Source: a virus
Taxonomy: Duplodnaviria; Caudoviricetes
Length of the DNA: 52,042 nt
IMG/VR virus record: IMGVR_UViG_3300044591_001148
Span: 1 to 52,042 of that record
Strand: one strand, 5' to 3'
Positions within the stretch are counted from its first letter, which is position 1, and every line of letters starts with the position of its first letter. The notes under the pieces were generated by a model that saw only the letters and a list, made by a program, of their open reading frames with translations, was not told the DNA's origin and did no database searches. Positions 1 through 10,484 of the stretch are shown one piece after another. The position numbers and the translations under genes were made by a program.

Positions 1-13
1 TTGTGGGGGACAC

Positions 14-316
14 ATGACGGACGATAAAGGCGCATTGATTGAAAAGGCTACATTTGCAATACTGCCACTGCTGTTTAGCTGCGTTGTGTATCTGATGTCG
101 GCTCTGTCAAATCTCAGCCATGAAGTGACTATTCTCAATAGCAAGATCAGCTTGGTGGTAACCAGTGACAACAAGCAAGCCAGCAACTCAGGCGCTGAGT
201 TGGCAAGGGAAAAGCTGAGACAAGATTTGGAAAAAGAAATCCAAAAGAACCGAGATGACATCATGCACAACAGACAAGAGATTGCCGTGATCAACACCAA
301 GTTGGAGAAGAAGTAA
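14..316 (+). CDS. Membrane-anchored coiled-coil protein of lysis module A
   Basis: N-terminal hydrophobic helix followed by a heptad-rich C-terminus; upstream of the holin-like gene and endolysin. Confidence 0.5.
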   Translation: MTDDKGALIEKATFAILPLLFSCVVYLMSALSNLSHEVTILNSKISLVVTSDNKQASNSGAELAREKLRQDLEKEIQKNRDDIMHNRQEIAVINTKLEKK

Positions 317-801
317 TGGATTGGCTTAAACAGATTGCACCAACGATTGCCACCGCACTTGGTGGACCATTGGCAGGCATGGCGGTAAGCGCCATCTCCA
401 AGGCCATTGGGGTTGACCCCGAGAAGGTTGGCGACATGATCAGCAGCAACAAGCTGACGGCAGATCAGATTGCAATGGTGAAGATTGCTGAGATTGAGTT
501 GCAGAAGCAAGCGCAGGAGCTTGGCCTCAACTTTGAGAAGCTGGAGGTGGAGGACAGGAAATCCGCAAGGGATATGCAGTCAGCCACCAGATCCATGATG
601 CCGCCAATACTCGCTGGTGCCGTGACCTTGGGATTCTTCAGCATCATGGTAATGATGTTCTTCAACCAGATTGACTCCAACAACCCCGCCATCCTGATGA
701 TGCTGGGGTCACTCGGCACAGCTTGGACCGGGATCATTGCTTACTATTTCGGCAGTTCTGCTGGAAGCCAAGCCAAGACAGATTTACTCTCAAGGAAGTG
801 A
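316..801 (+). CDS. Holin-like membrane protein
   Basis: Two C-terminal hydrophobic helices ending in YYFGSS; DRKSARDM motif; lysis context. Confidence 0.6.
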   Translation: MDWLKQIAPTIATALGGPLAGMAVSAISKAIGVDPEKVGDMISSNKLTADQIAMVKIAEIELQKQAQELGLNFEKLEVEDRKSARDMQSATRSMMPPILAGAVTLGFFSIMVMMFFNQIDSNNPAILMMLGSLGTAWTGIIAYYFGSSAGSQAKTDLLSRK

Positions 802-803
802 CT

Positions 804-950
804 ATGAAACCCGGACTCTACGCAAACATCAACGCCAAGCAGGAACGCATCAAGGCTGGCTCAAAAGAGAAGATGAACAAGGTCGGCAGCAAGGCAGCGC
901 CTAGCGCCAAGGACTTCAAGCAAGCAGCCAAGACAGCCAAGAAGAAATGA
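804..950 (+). CDS. Small basic phage protein (MKPGLYANINAK...)
   Basis: ATG at 804 with AGGAAG upstream; stop overlaps the next start (ATGA). Confidence 0.7.
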   Translation: MKPGLYANINAKQERIKAGSKEKMNKVGSKAAPSAKDFKQAAKTAKKK

Positions 951-1234
951 AGACTCCAGCTTGGCAGCGTAAGGAAGGACAAAACCCCAAGGGTGGGTTG
1001 AATGCTGCTGGACGGGCAAGCCTCAAGGCGGCTGGGCAAAACATCAAGCCACCCGTCAAGTCTGGTGACAATCCTCGACGAGCCAGTTTCCTCGCACGGA
1101 TGGGCGGCAACGATGGTCCAGAGTACAAAAACGGTAAACCCACCCGGCTGCTGCTGAGTCTCAATGCTTGGGGAGCCAGCTCCAAGGCAGACGCCAAGGC
1201 CAAGGCCAAAGCAATATCAGCGAGGAACAAATGA
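947..1234 (+). CDS. Small basic phage protein, DUF6321-like
   Basis: AWQRKEGQNPKGGLN...RRASFLARM motif. Confidence 0.65.
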   Translation: MKTPAWQRKEGQNPKGGLNAAGRASLKAAGQNIKPPVKSGDNPRRASFLARMGGNDGPEYKNGKPTRLLLSLNAWGASSKADAKAKAKAISARNK

Positions 1235-1641
1235 CGCCTCACTTTAGCCTTGCTGAGTTGACCTGCACTGACCACCGCAGCCTGGACAACACGCCTAACG
1301 CACAGGAGTTGGCAAACCTTCAGCGGCTGGCTGAGTTCTTGGAGACAATGAAGACAGCACTTGGCGGCAAGCCTGTGATGATCAACTCAGCCTTCCGCAG
1401 CAAGGCAGTCAATGATGCCGTAGGAAGCAAGGACACCAGTCAGCATAGGCAAGGCTTGGCCTGTGACTTTAGGGTGCCTGGGATGACGCCAGACGCTGTG
1501 GTGAGGGCGCTGATTTCGGCTAAACTTCCCTTTGACCAAATCATCCGTGAATATGATTCTTGGACTCACATCAGCATTGCTGAAAAGCCAAGGGGTCAGG
1601 CTCTAATTATCGACAAGCAAGGTACTAGACAGTTTGTCTGA
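1231..1641 (+). CDS. Endolysin, peptidase M15 family (Zn-dependent)
   Basis: HFSLAEL start, INSAFRS, SQH-x6-D and WTHIS zinc motifs; ATG at 1231 overlaps the previous stop. Confidence 0.85.
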   Translation: MTPHFSLAELTCTDHRSLDNTPNAQELANLQRLAEFLETMKTALGGKPVMINSAFRSKAVNDAVGSKDTSQHRQGLACDFRVPGMTPDAVVRALISAKLPFDQIIREYDSWTHISIAEKPRGQALIIDKQGTRQFV

Positions 1642-1650
1642 AAGATCAAT

Positions 1651-3129
1651 ATGCTGATGCCACTCAAGATACCGGCAGGCGTTTACCGTAACGGCACTGA
1701 ATACCAATCAATGGGTCGGTGGTTCGGCGCTAACTTGGTTCGGTGGTTTGAGAACACTCTCAGGCCAGTTGGAGGCTGGCGCAAGAGGGCTAATGGACAG
1801 ATGTCAGGCACCTGCCGTGGCATTATCAATTGGCGGGACAACAGCTCAACCCGGTGGATTGTGGCTGGCACCAACACCAAGCTGTATGTGATGAACCAGG
1901 CGGGGACGCTGAAGGAAATAACCCCAACCATATTCACACCTGGTGCAGCCGATGCGTCACTGCTAGTTGGCTATGGCTACGGCAACTATGGTGCATTTGC
2001 CTATGGTGTGGCTAGGCCAGACACTGGCGCAATCATTAACGCTGCAACCTGGTCAATGGACACTTGGGGTGAGTATTGGGTCGGATGCTGCAACAGTGAC
2101 GGTCAATTGCTGGAGTGGCAGTTGGGATTCACAACGCCAACCAAGGCAGTGGCAATTGTCAATGCACCCACCAGTTGCGCGGCGGTGATGACCACCTCTG
2201 AGCGTTTCATGTTCGCCTTGGGTGCCAGCGGTAACCCAAGGCTTGTGGCATGGTGTGATCAGGAGGACAACACCACCTGGTCACCAGCCGCCAATAACCA
2301 AGCAGGCAGCTTTGAGCTGACCACTGTCGGCTCCATCTTAGCGGGTAAGCGGGTGCGAGGCGTCAACCTGATATTCACTGACGTTGATGTCCACACCAGC
2401 AGCTACATTGGTCAGCCGTTCGTGTTCAGCTTTGAGAAGGCTGGCTCTGGTTGCGGCTTGATTGGACCCCAAGCTGTAGCGGCTATAGACACTGCCGCCA
2501 TCTGGATGAGTAGGTCAGGTTTCTGGATTTACGACGGTTACGTCAAGCCACTGCCGTCTGACGTTGGCGACTACGTGTTTAGCAATATCAACTTGGAGCA
2601 GGCCAGCAAGGTTTACGCTGTCCACAACAGCAAGTTTGGGGAAATCTGGTGGTTCTACACCAGCAGCGCCAGCATTGAAAATGACTCCTACGTCATCTAT
2701 AACTACCGTGAAAACCATTGGTCAATAGGCACCTTGGCGCGTTTGGCTGGGGTTGACAAGGGCGTCTTCAATAACCCGTTGATGGTCAGTGCTGACGGTT
2801 ACATCTACGAGCATGAGGTGGGCTTTGCCTATGACTCACAGACAATTTACGCTGAGTCAGGCCCGGTGGAGATTGGCAATGGCGAGCAAATCATGCAGGT
2901 TCGCAAGGTGATACCGGACGAGTCCAACCTTGGGGATGTCAACATCAGCTTCAGCAGCCGTTTCTATCCAACCGACACAGAGACAACCTACGGTCCATTC
3001 ACCAGCGCCAACCCAACCGACGCACGGTTCAGTGGACGCCAGGTCAAGATGAAGGTAACAGCCGATACTTTGAGTGATTGGCGGGTTGGGGTGATGCGCC
3101 TAGATGCAGTGCCAGCCGGGAAACGCTGA
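1651..3129 (+). CDS. Tail nozzle / DNA stabilisation protein (podovirus gp10/gp12-like)
   Basis: 492 aa, beta-rich and Trp/Gly-rich; precedes the ejection genes. Confidence 0.65.
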   Translation: MLMPLKIPAGVYRNGTEYQSMGRWFGANLVRWFENTLRPVGGWRKRANGQMSGTCRGIINWRDNSSTRWIVAGTNTKLYVMNQAGTLKEITPTIFTPGAADASLLVGYGYGNYGAFAYGVARPDTGAIINAATWSMDTWGEYWVGCCNSDGQLLEWQLGFTTPTKAVAIVNAPTSCAAVMTTSERFMFALGASGNPRLVAWCDQEDNTTWSPAANNQAGSFELTTVGSILAGKRVRGVNLIFTDVDVHTSSYIGQPFVFSFEKAGSGCGLIGPQAVAAIDTAAIWMSRSGFWIYDGYVKPLPSDVGDYVFSNINLEQASKVYAVHNSKFGEIWWFYTSSASIENDSYVIYNYRENHWSIGTLARLAGVDKGVFNNPLMVSADGYIYEHEVGFAYDSQTIYAESGPVEIGNGEQIMQVRKVIPDESNLGDVNISFSSRFYPTDTETTYGPFTSANPTDARFSGRQVKMKVTADTLSDWRVGVMRLDAVPAGKR

Positions 3130-3341
3130 TGTCTCTCAACGTACCGCACCCACCTCAAGTCTATACGCCAGTGATGGAGGCACAGCGTAATTTCCTGCTG
3201 GAGAACGCTGACCGATTGAACAGGAAGACTAACGCTGACGTTGAGATTAGCAGCAGTAAGCTGATATTGACATCACCAAATGGGACTAGGTACAGTGTGG
3301 TGGTGAGTAACGCTGGCGCATTGTCAACAACGGCACTATGA
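3129..3341 (+). CDS. Small virion protein
   Basis: ATG at 3129 overlaps the previous stop; LILTSPNGTRY motif seen in tail proteins. Confidence 0.55.
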   Translation: MSLNVPHPPQVYTPVMEAQRNFLLENADRLNRKTNADVEISSSKLILTSPNGTRYSVVVSNAGALSTTAL

Positions 3342-3697
3342 CAGATATTGAGAGATTGAGGCCAGAGATTGAAAAAGCCTTAAAATATTCGTTGAACACT
3401 CACACATTTGATGATGTCGTTGAGCTGGTCCAGCAAGCCAAGATGCAATTCTGGCCTGGACGGAATTCGGTGGTGGTTACGGAGATTGTTCTCCACCCAC
3501 AGCAAAAATGCCTAAACTATTTTCTAGCAGCAGGCGTGATGGAAGAACTAGAACTGATGTCACCAATGATCGAGGCTTGGGGTAAGAGCCTTGGATGCAC
3601 TCGCGTCACTTTAGCTGGACGTAAGGGATGGCAGAAGACTTTTCTGGCGAAGACAGGTTACACACCCCAGTGGTGGATTATGAGCAAGGAGTTATAG
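3338..3697 (+). CDS. Putative GNAT-fold morphogenesis protein
   Basis: WGKSLGC...GRKGW motif; sits just before the ejection proteins. Confidence 0.45.
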   Translation: MTDIERLRPEIEKALKYSLNTHTFDDVVELVQQAKMQFWPGRNSVVVTEIVLHPQQKCLNYFLAAGVMEELELMSPMIEAWGKSLGCTRVTLAGRKGWQKTFLAKTGYTPQWWIMSKEL

Positions 3698-3698
3698 C

Positions 3699-5507
3699 AT
3701 GGCTGATATGTCAATCCAGAGCGCCTACGAGCGAGTCTTAGGCCGCGCACCAAGTGCCGATGAAGTTGCCTATTGGCAGGAGGCGTTTGGTAACAGCGTG
3801 GACCCTGTTGAACTGTCAACCTTCAGCGTAGCGGCTCAACCTGAACTTGCAGCGGCAGCGCCAACGAATACAGCCGTGCGGGATATGTACCAGCAAGTTC
3901 TGGGCAGAGCGCCTGACGCCTCTGGCTTGCAATACTTTGCTGAGCGTTTTGGTACGTCTATTGACCCCACTGAGTTGGGTATTTTCCAGAGCATGGCGGC
4001 TGAAGAAATTGCTGCTAATGCCGCTAGGAATGCAGCACAACAGGCGGCAGCAGCAGCTAACACTACTACTACAACTGATGATAGTGCTGGCATACAAGTT
4101 GTTGTATTTGGTCCAGATGGAACACCTTATGGTAGCCCTGCTGCTGCTGCTAGAGCAGGTGTGACTAACTACACAATGGAAAATCCTGCAACTACTGCTG
4201 CTACAACTGCTGCTACTGGAATGTCCATTGCAGACGCCTACCAAAGGGTCTTGGGACGAGCGCCATCTGCCTCTGAAATTGCTTACTGGACATCTCAGTT
4301 TGGGTCTGACGTTGACCCTACTGAGCTATCCACATTCAGTGTGGCGGCTCAACCTGAACGAGCTGCTGCGCCAACAACGAATGATGCTATTCGGCAGATG
4401 TACCTGTCAGTCTTGGGGCGTGAACCTGACGCATCGGGGCTTCAATACTTTGCTGACCGTTTCGGCACTGAAGTTGACGCCTCTGAACTCGGCATATTCA
4501 AAGGGATGGCAACGCAGGAAATCAATGCCAATGCAGCTAGAAACGCTGGCACTACGACAGGTACAGGCACTACTGCTGGCACTACGACAGGTACAGGCAC
4601 TGCTGGTACTGTCCAGCCCATCACCAGGCCAACAGCACAAAGGCAAGTGACAGGCACCCAGCTTGCACCAGCGCGGGTCACCAACACAGCCATTACGGGT
4701 ACGCCTTTTCGCAACATTTACACGCCATCGACTATGCAGCAGAACGCGCCTACGCTGGCGCAAATCAACGCTGCATCTCAGTCGGCTAACCCGTACCAGT
4801 CCCTGATGGCGCTGACGCCTCAACGCACACTGTCACCAGCGTATGCAGCCCAAGCAGGGCAGACAACCGCCAACACCAACCTTGGTGGTTTCAACCCAGC
4901 CGTTTACAAACCACCAGCGGCAACGACAACGACAGGAGGTGGCCTGTTAACCACTGCGGAGTCACCGGCTGGTGGAGAGAATACGTCAACTGGCACTGGT
5001 ATGGCAGGCATTAACAACCAAGCAGCTTTGTCAGCAGCCCTATCCAATCTTGGGTTCGCAGGCTTGGGTCAAGGGTTAGCAACAAGTGTCGGAAACCAAC
5101 TTGGTAGTTTGACAATGGCTGACATTTTGGGCGGGAACATTGCTGGTGTTAATACTGGTGGTTTTCCAGAAGGGTATATTGACCCAGGTGACTACGAAGG
5201 CGGTCTTGGGTCTTCAGCGGGTATGGGTGGACTTACCGGACCTAATTATTCAGATTATGGTGGCATGGCTGGCGAAACTGGCGGCGGCGACACAATGGGT
5301 TTTGGTGGAGAGTATGCCAAGGGCGGCATGGTCAAAATGAAACCGCAAAAGTACAACCCACCAGGACCAGACGATGGCTACGCAGCACTGGAGAATGGCG
5401 AGTACGTCATCCGCAAGAGTGCAGTCAAGAAGTATGGCGCGAACATTTTCGAACAAATTAACGCAGGCAAGATTCCAGCCAAGCGTTTGAAATCTCTGTT
5501 GGAGTAA
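3699..5507 (+). CDS. Putative internal virion protein with four DUF4214-like repeats
   Basis: Four Y-x2-VLGR-x-P-x6-Y[WF] units in two ~107-aa blocks; C-terminal AKGG...GPDDGYAALENGEYV motif. Confidence 0.6.
   Translation: MADMSIQSAYERVLGRAPSADEVAYWQEAFGNSVDPVELSTFSVAAQPELAAAAPTNTAVRDMYQQVLGRAPDASGLQYFAERFGTSIDPTELGIFQSMAAEEIAANAARNAAQQAAAAANTTTTTDDSAGIQVVVFGPDGTPYGSPAAAARAGVTNYTMENPATTAATTAATGMSIADAYQRVLGRAPSASEIAYWTSQFGSDVDPTELSTFSVAAQPERAAAPTTNDAIRQMYLSVLGREPDASGLQYFADRFGTEVDASELGIFKGMATQEINANAARNAGTTTGTGTTAGTTTGTGTAGTVQPITRPTAQRQVTGTQLAPARVTNTAITGTPFRNIYTPSTMQQNAPTLAQINAASQSANPYQSLMALTPQRTLSPAYAAQAGQTTANTNLGGFNPAVYKPPAATTTTGGGLLTTAESPAGGENTSTGTGMAGINNQAALSAALSNLGFAGLGQGLATSVGNQLGSLTMADILGGNIAGVNTGGFPEGYIDPGDYEGGLGSSAGMGGLTGPNYSDYGGMAGETGGGDTMGFGGEYAKGGMVKMKPQKYNPPGPDDGYAALENGEYVIRKSAVKKYGANIFEQINAGKIPAKRLKSLLE
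4545..4604 (+). repeat. 30-bp tandem duplication (AGTTTGTGT[T/A] x2)
   Basis: GCTGGCACTACGACAGGTACAGGCACT[A/G]CT twice. Confidence 0.9.
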
Positions 5508-5511
5508 CACC

Positions 5512-6687
5512 ATGAGCAAAAGCGGCGGCAGTCAGACAGTCACTACACAAATTGACCCAACAATTAAAGCAGCCTACCTGCAGAACTTGCAGCAGGCGCA
5601 GGGCGTAGCCTCGGCGTTACCCGTCAGGGAGTTTGCTGACTTCAACCCCATCTATCGGGCTGGTGAGCAGCAGATGGTGAACACTGGTTTGGCAGGCCGT
5701 GGCATTGACACTACCAACATTGCTGCCGAGTACGCCAACCAAGCGGCTCAGTTCAACCCTTACTACACAGGCGGCGTCAACGCTGGTCTGTCCAACCAGA
5801 TTGGTGCTGTTGGCTACACACCAACTGATGTCACTGCTGCTCAGAGCAACATGAGCAACATCAGCAACTACATGAACCCGTACACTAATCAGGTCATTGG
5901 TGGTTACAACCCTGCCACCAAGACATCCACTGGTGTGCTGGGTGACATTGAGGCTGCACGTCAAGCAGCCGTACAACAGATGGGTGAGGCTGCGACTAGG
6001 GCTAAAGCCTACGGCGGTACACGCCAAGGAGTTGCGGAGGCCGCTACTAACAGGGCATACGCTGACAAGGCGGCTCAGATGTCCGCACAGCTACGCCAGC
6101 AAGGGTTTGACACCAGCGCCAACCTGATGCAGCAAGACCTGGCACGACAGCAGCAGGCTAACCTCCAATCAGCAGCACAAGGTACTGGTGCGGCTCAGTA
6201 TGGTGCTGGCGCCATCAACGCTGCCATGGGCGGTAATGCAGCAGCGCAGAATGCTATGGCTCAGTTCAACGCTCAGTTGGCGCAGCAGTCTGACCTAGCT
6301 AACCAACAGGCTTACGCTGCCGCCAATGCACAGCGTCTTGGTGCTGCTGGACAGCTAGGCGCACTCGGAGCGCAGCAGCAGAGCCTTGGTCTTGGTGGCG
6401 CACAGGCTGTCATGGGCGTAGGGTCAGCGCAACAACAAATGACCCAGGCGCAACTGGACGCCTTGCGCGGTATTGGATTAGAGAAGCTGGGCATTACTCA
6501 GCAGGCAATGTCCACTGCTTTGCCTAATGCTGGCGGTAGCCAAACATCTCCAACCTACAAGAATCCATTGACCAGCGGGCTTGGCGGTGCTTTGGGTGGT
6601 TACCAGCTTGGTGCTTTACCAGGCATGGCTGCAATTGGTGGTCCTGCTGGTGCTGCAATTGGTGGTCTTCTTGGACTTTTGAGCTAG
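5512..6687 (+). CDS. Putative DNA ejection/pilot protein
   Basis: MSKSGGSQT N-terminus, Q/A/G-rich helical body, Gly-rich hydrophobic C-terminus. Confidence 0.6.
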   Translation: MSKSGGSQTVTTQIDPTIKAAYLQNLQQAQGVASALPVREFADFNPIYRAGEQQMVNTGLAGRGIDTTNIAAEYANQAAQFNPYYTGGVNAGLSNQIGAVGYTPTDVTAAQSNMSNISNYMNPYTNQVIGGYNPATKTSTGVLGDIEAARQAAVQQMGEAATRAKAYGGTRQGVAEAATNRAYADKAAQMSAQLRQQGFDTSANLMQQDLARQQQANLQSAAQGTGAAQYGAGAINAAMGGNAAAQNAMAQFNAQLAQQSDLANQQAYAAANAQRLGAAGQLGALGAQQQSLGLGGAQAVMGVGSAQQQMTQAQLDALRGIGLEKLGITQQAMSTALPNAGGSQTSPTYKNPLTSGLGGALGGYQLGALPGMAAIGGPAGAAIGGLLGLLS

Positions 6688-6696
6688 GAGATAGAC

Positions 6697-8049
6697 ATGG
6701 CTGAATTCAATTTAGAGGGACTGCTGGGCAACGTCTTTGGCGGTGGTGGCGGTAACGCATTGGACGAGTACCTGACGCCAGAGCAACGTGCGGCTATGCA
6801 ACGCAATGCAATGCTGGCAGCGTCAGCAGCCTTGCTGAAGGCTGGCGGGGAAAGCACCCGGCGCATTGGCATTGGTGAGGCTCTAGGTGGCGCGTTTGAG
6901 GCAGGCCAAGCCGGGTACGAGAAAGCGCAGACGGGTGCGCTGACTCAGATGGCAATGAAGCAGAAGATGGAAGAGGCGAAGAAGGCCAAGGAATTGAAAA
7001 AATTGATTGCTGGTGTATTTGCACCTCAAACAACAATGCCAGGCGCAGCGCCAATGCCAGAAGTTGACACAGGCGTACCGCCATTACCCACTGCTGGTGC
7101 AGCAATGCCGCCAGCGCAAGGTATGCCAGCGCCAATGAACGCAAATATTGCTAAAGCTAACCAGTATCGGCAAGTAGCAAAAATGCTGGAGGACGATGGT
7201 CAATTAGAGAAGGCGATGCAGTACCAAAAGTTTGCGATGGACCTTGACCCACCAACCACTGCCACCGGAACTGCTTTGTCAAAGTTAATTGCAGAACGCG
7301 CTATGCTGCCTGTTGGTAGTCCATTGTTTAAAGCATACGATGCAGCAATTGAGAAGGAATCTCAATTTGCCCCACCTGCGCCAAGGGCAGGAACTTTACT
7401 ATCGCAACTTCAAGCTGATTTGGCTGGGGCAACTGACCCTAGAATAAAACAACAAATTGAAGCTAGGATACAAAAAGAAATTAACAACGCACCGCCACAA
7501 ACAGTCATCTTAAACGAAGGTAAACAAGGATTTGAGAATGTAATGAAGTTAGGTGCTGCCTTTAAGGGTGAGCCTATCTACAAAGAATATCAAGGAATGC
7601 AAACAGCGTTTAATCAAGTAAATACTGCGCTTAACCAGGAAACTCCAATTGGTGACCTTGCTGGTGCAACGAAAATGATGAAGCTAATGGATGAGGGTTC
7701 TGTGGTTAGAGAAACGGAACTTGCACTTGCAATGGCTGCTGCTGGACGCATGGACAGATTGAAAAATTATCTTAATCAGGCAATGACAGGTCAGAAGTTG
7801 ACACCAAAACAGCGCATTGAATTTAAGGCTTTGTCAAATGAGCTGTATGCAGCAGCAGGTCAAGCGTATAACCAAAAGCGAAGTGAGTACGAGGCATTTG
7901 GCAACGCATATCAACTTCCGAACCTAAACACTTCTCTTGGCGCACCAGCTAATGTGCCATCTATAGTGAGGCAACCAGGTGGTTCTGTTACGGCACCAGG
8001 TGGTGGTAGACCAACTTTAAATAACATCTTTGGCATACCAGGGAGATAA
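6697..8049 (+). CDS. Putative ejection protein
   Basis: Helical, with DEGSVVRETE motif typical of podovirus internal proteins; module position. Confidence 0.55.
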   Translation: MAEFNLEGLLGNVFGGGGGNALDEYLTPEQRAAMQRNAMLAASAALLKAGGESTRRIGIGEALGGAFEAGQAGYEKAQTGALTQMAMKQKMEEAKKAKELKKLIAGVFAPQTTMPGAAPMPEVDTGVPPLPTAGAAMPPAQGMPAPMNANIAKANQYRQVAKMLEDDGQLEKAMQYQKFAMDLDPPTTATGTALSKLIAERAMLPVGSPLFKAYDAAIEKESQFAPPAPRAGTLLSQLQADLAGATDPRIKQQIEARIQKEINNAPPQTVILNEGKQGFENVMKLGAAFKGEPIYKEYQGMQTAFNQVNTALNQETPIGDLAGATKMMKLMDEGSVVRETELALAMAAAGRMDRLKNYLNQAMTGQKLTPKQRIEFKALSNELYAAAGQAYNQKRSEYEAFGNAYQLPNLNTSLGAPANVPSIVRQPGGSVTAPGGGRPTLNNIFGIPGR

Positions 8050-10139
8050 TGATGGATGGCATTGAAGACAAAATCAAACAGGCCAAAAAAGCTGGTTATA
8101 GGGACGAGGATATCGTCCAGTTTTTGGCGCAGCTTCCAGACGTTGGGCCTCAAGTCTTGGCTGCATTGGAGCAGCAATACAAGCCAGCCGAAATTCTAAA
8201 GTTCCTGGGGCAGTCTCCTGCTTACCGAGCAGGCACAGAGAAATCTACGTTGCAGCGCGGTGCCTTAACTGCACTGCAAGGGCCAACTTTTGGGTTTGCT
8301 GACGAGCTGTATGGCGCAGTCAGCGCACCATTCACAGCGGTACAGCAAGGCATCCCGATGGGTCAGGCGTATGAGCAAGGACGGGATGTTGTTCGAGGTC
8401 AAACAGAATCGTTTGAACAAGAATCGCCATTCACTGCTGCTGGCCTGCAACTCGCAACCAGTTTGCCTATGGGAGTGATCAGCGCACCAGCCGCCATTGG
8501 CAGGGCAGTTATGCCAGCCATCACCCGTGCATTACCAACCGTAGCACCAGCTATCCAGGCCGCAGGCAGATACATGACAGCAGCTCCTGGTGCTGGTACG
8601 GCAATGGGTTTAGGTCAGCGCACAGCTCAAGCTGCTGGCTCTGGTGCTGGCTACGGGTTTGTTAGCGGTTTAGGGGCATCCAATGAGAGTGATGCAATAG
8701 ACATACTCAACGATGCAGCCAGAAGTTCACTGATTGGTGGCACTCTTGGCGGTGTATCACAGCCCACCATGAGCGTTTTAGGTGCTGCTGGCAGACAAGC
8801 CACAGCAAGAATGTCCCCCACAGCCGCTGGAACCTACGCCCAGCAAAAAGTTGCCGAGGCTTTAATTCGTGATAAACCAGAGAATTTAGCCCCAAGCGCA
8901 CTGAACATGGCGCAGGCCAGGCTCTTGAAACTTGGCCCAGAGGCGCGTATTGCTGACGTTGGTGGCAAGTCCACACGCAACCTGCTGGATGTGCAGGCCA
9001 CATTGCCTGGCACCACGGCAGAGGCTGTGGAACGTGCCATTCGGGAGCGCCAGGTAGGACGCGCTGGAAGACTGATGGCTGGTGCTGATGAGGCACTTGG
9101 CACTCAAAACGCACAGTTTACGCAGAGCATTGACAACTTTAGTAACCAGAGATTTGCCGCATCACGCCCGTACTATGCTGCAATTGATCAATCTACAGCA
9201 ACGGTGAATAATTCCATCTTTGATGCCTTGAGCAAATCAAAGGGTGTGCAAGGTTCTGCTGAACTGCTGTTCAGAACAAAGACGGGTCAGGTGATTGACT
9301 TGTCAAATCTCAAGCCTGGTGACTCGGTGCCAATGAATGTCCTGGATTCGTTAAAGCAATCTCTTTATGACACATCTACGGAACTGCGTAGAGCTGGCAG
9401 CAATGCCCAAGCTGAAGCGTATGACAAGGTGCGGTTACAACTTGTCAAGCAATTGGAAGACCAAGCGCCAAAGATTGGTGGTCAATCTGCCTACACAATG
9501 GCAATGAAAACATGGGCTGGTCCATCACAGATGATGGATGCTGCTGAGATTGGTCGCAAGGTAATGAAGGGCGATATTCTTGACATACAGCAGGCCACCA
9601 AGAATTTATCTGCCTCTGAGATTGACGCATTCCGAATTGGTGTGTTGCAGGGACTGAGAGAGAAAACTGGCACTGAGGCTGGACAGACATCACTGCTGAA
9701 GTTTTACAAAGAGCCAAGCACACAGGCTAGATTAAGGGCTGCATTTGGAGGAGACTTCAAAGCATTCTCTTCCTCTGTTTTGGCTGAAGAAGCTCTCAAA
9801 CGATTTGAGTCTGCTGGTCGCGGTTCTAAAACGGCTGCAATGCTTGCTGGCGGTGCAGACTTGGATGTTGCACCACTGGCACAGGCAGCAGGCTCAGTGG
9901 CATCTGGAAGTCCAACTGCAATATTGACTGCAGCAAGTAACCTGGCTCGACAGACGCAAACGCCAGAGGCTGTTCGCAATGAAATCGGAAAGATTTTGCT
10001 TTCACGTGACCCCAGGCAACTACAGCAGCTTTCTGAAATCATCAGACAACTGAACGCATCACGGGCAAGGGCGGCGGGTGCTGCAGGCTTTGGTGCGGGT
10101 CAGATAGGTGGCATGGCCCCCAGTTATTTTGCACCATAA
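8049..10139 (+). CDS. Putative large ejection protein
   Basis: AKKAGY-x-DEDI N-terminal motif, QGPTFGFADE motif, Ala/Gly-rich. Confidence 0.6.
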   Translation: MMDGIEDKIKQAKKAGYRDEDIVQFLAQLPDVGPQVLAALEQQYKPAEILKFLGQSPAYRAGTEKSTLQRGALTALQGPTFGFADELYGAVSAPFTAVQQGIPMGQAYEQGRDVVRGQTESFEQESPFTAAGLQLATSLPMGVISAPAAIGRAVMPAITRALPTVAPAIQAAGRYMTAAPGAGTAMGLGQRTAQAAGSGAGYGFVSGLGASNESDAIDILNDAARSSLIGGTLGGVSQPTMSVLGAAGRQATARMSPTAAGTYAQQKVAEALIRDKPENLAPSALNMAQARLLKLGPEARIADVGGKSTRNLLDVQATLPGTTAEAVERAIRERQVGRAGRLMAGADEALGTQNAQFTQSIDNFSNQRFAASRPYYAAIDQSTATVNNSIFDALSKSKGVQGSAELLFRTKTGQVIDLSNLKPGDSVPMNVLDSLKQSLYDTSTELRRAGSNAQAEAYDKVRLQLVKQLEDQAPKIGGQSAYTMAMKTWAGPSQMMDAAEIGRKVMKGDILDIQQATKNLSASEIDAFRIGVLQGLREKTGTEAGQTSLLKFYKEPSTQARLRAAFGGDFKAFSSSVLAEEALKRFESAGRGSKTAAMLAGGADLDVAPLAQAAGSVASGSPTAILTAASNLARQTQTPEAVRNEIGKILLSRDPRQLQQLSEIIRQLNASRARAAGAAGFGAGQIGGMAPSYFAP

Positions 10140-10169
10140 TATTATCAACATCTTCACAGGAGCATCACA

Positions 10170-10484
10170 ATGAGCAAGCTATTTCGGGACGACAACGGGC
10201 AACTGACTACCTTCGGGTCGCTTGGCACCACCCAAGTGATGACAGTCACAGCCACCAGCGTACAGTCAACGGCAGTGGGGGCTGGAGTCACCATGCTGCG
10301 CTTGGCAAACACCGGTGGGGCGCATTGCCACTTTGCCATTGGCGCTAACCCAACCGCCAGCCTGACCACCTCACCTCATCTGCCGACCAACGCTGTTGAG
10401 TACGTTGCCTGCGCTGGTGGCGACAAGGTGGCTGTTATCCGTAACGCCACTGCCACCGATATCTCAATCACGCAGATTTCGTAA
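10170..10484 (+). CDS. Hypothetical beta-rich protein
   Basis: AGGAG Shine-Dalgarno upstream; last rightward gene of the block. Confidence 0.6.
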   Translation: MSKLFRDDNGQLTTFGSLGTTQVMTVTATSVQSTAVGAGVTMLRLANTGGAHCHFAIGANPTASLTTSPHLPTNAVEYVACAGGDKVAVIRNATATDISITQIS

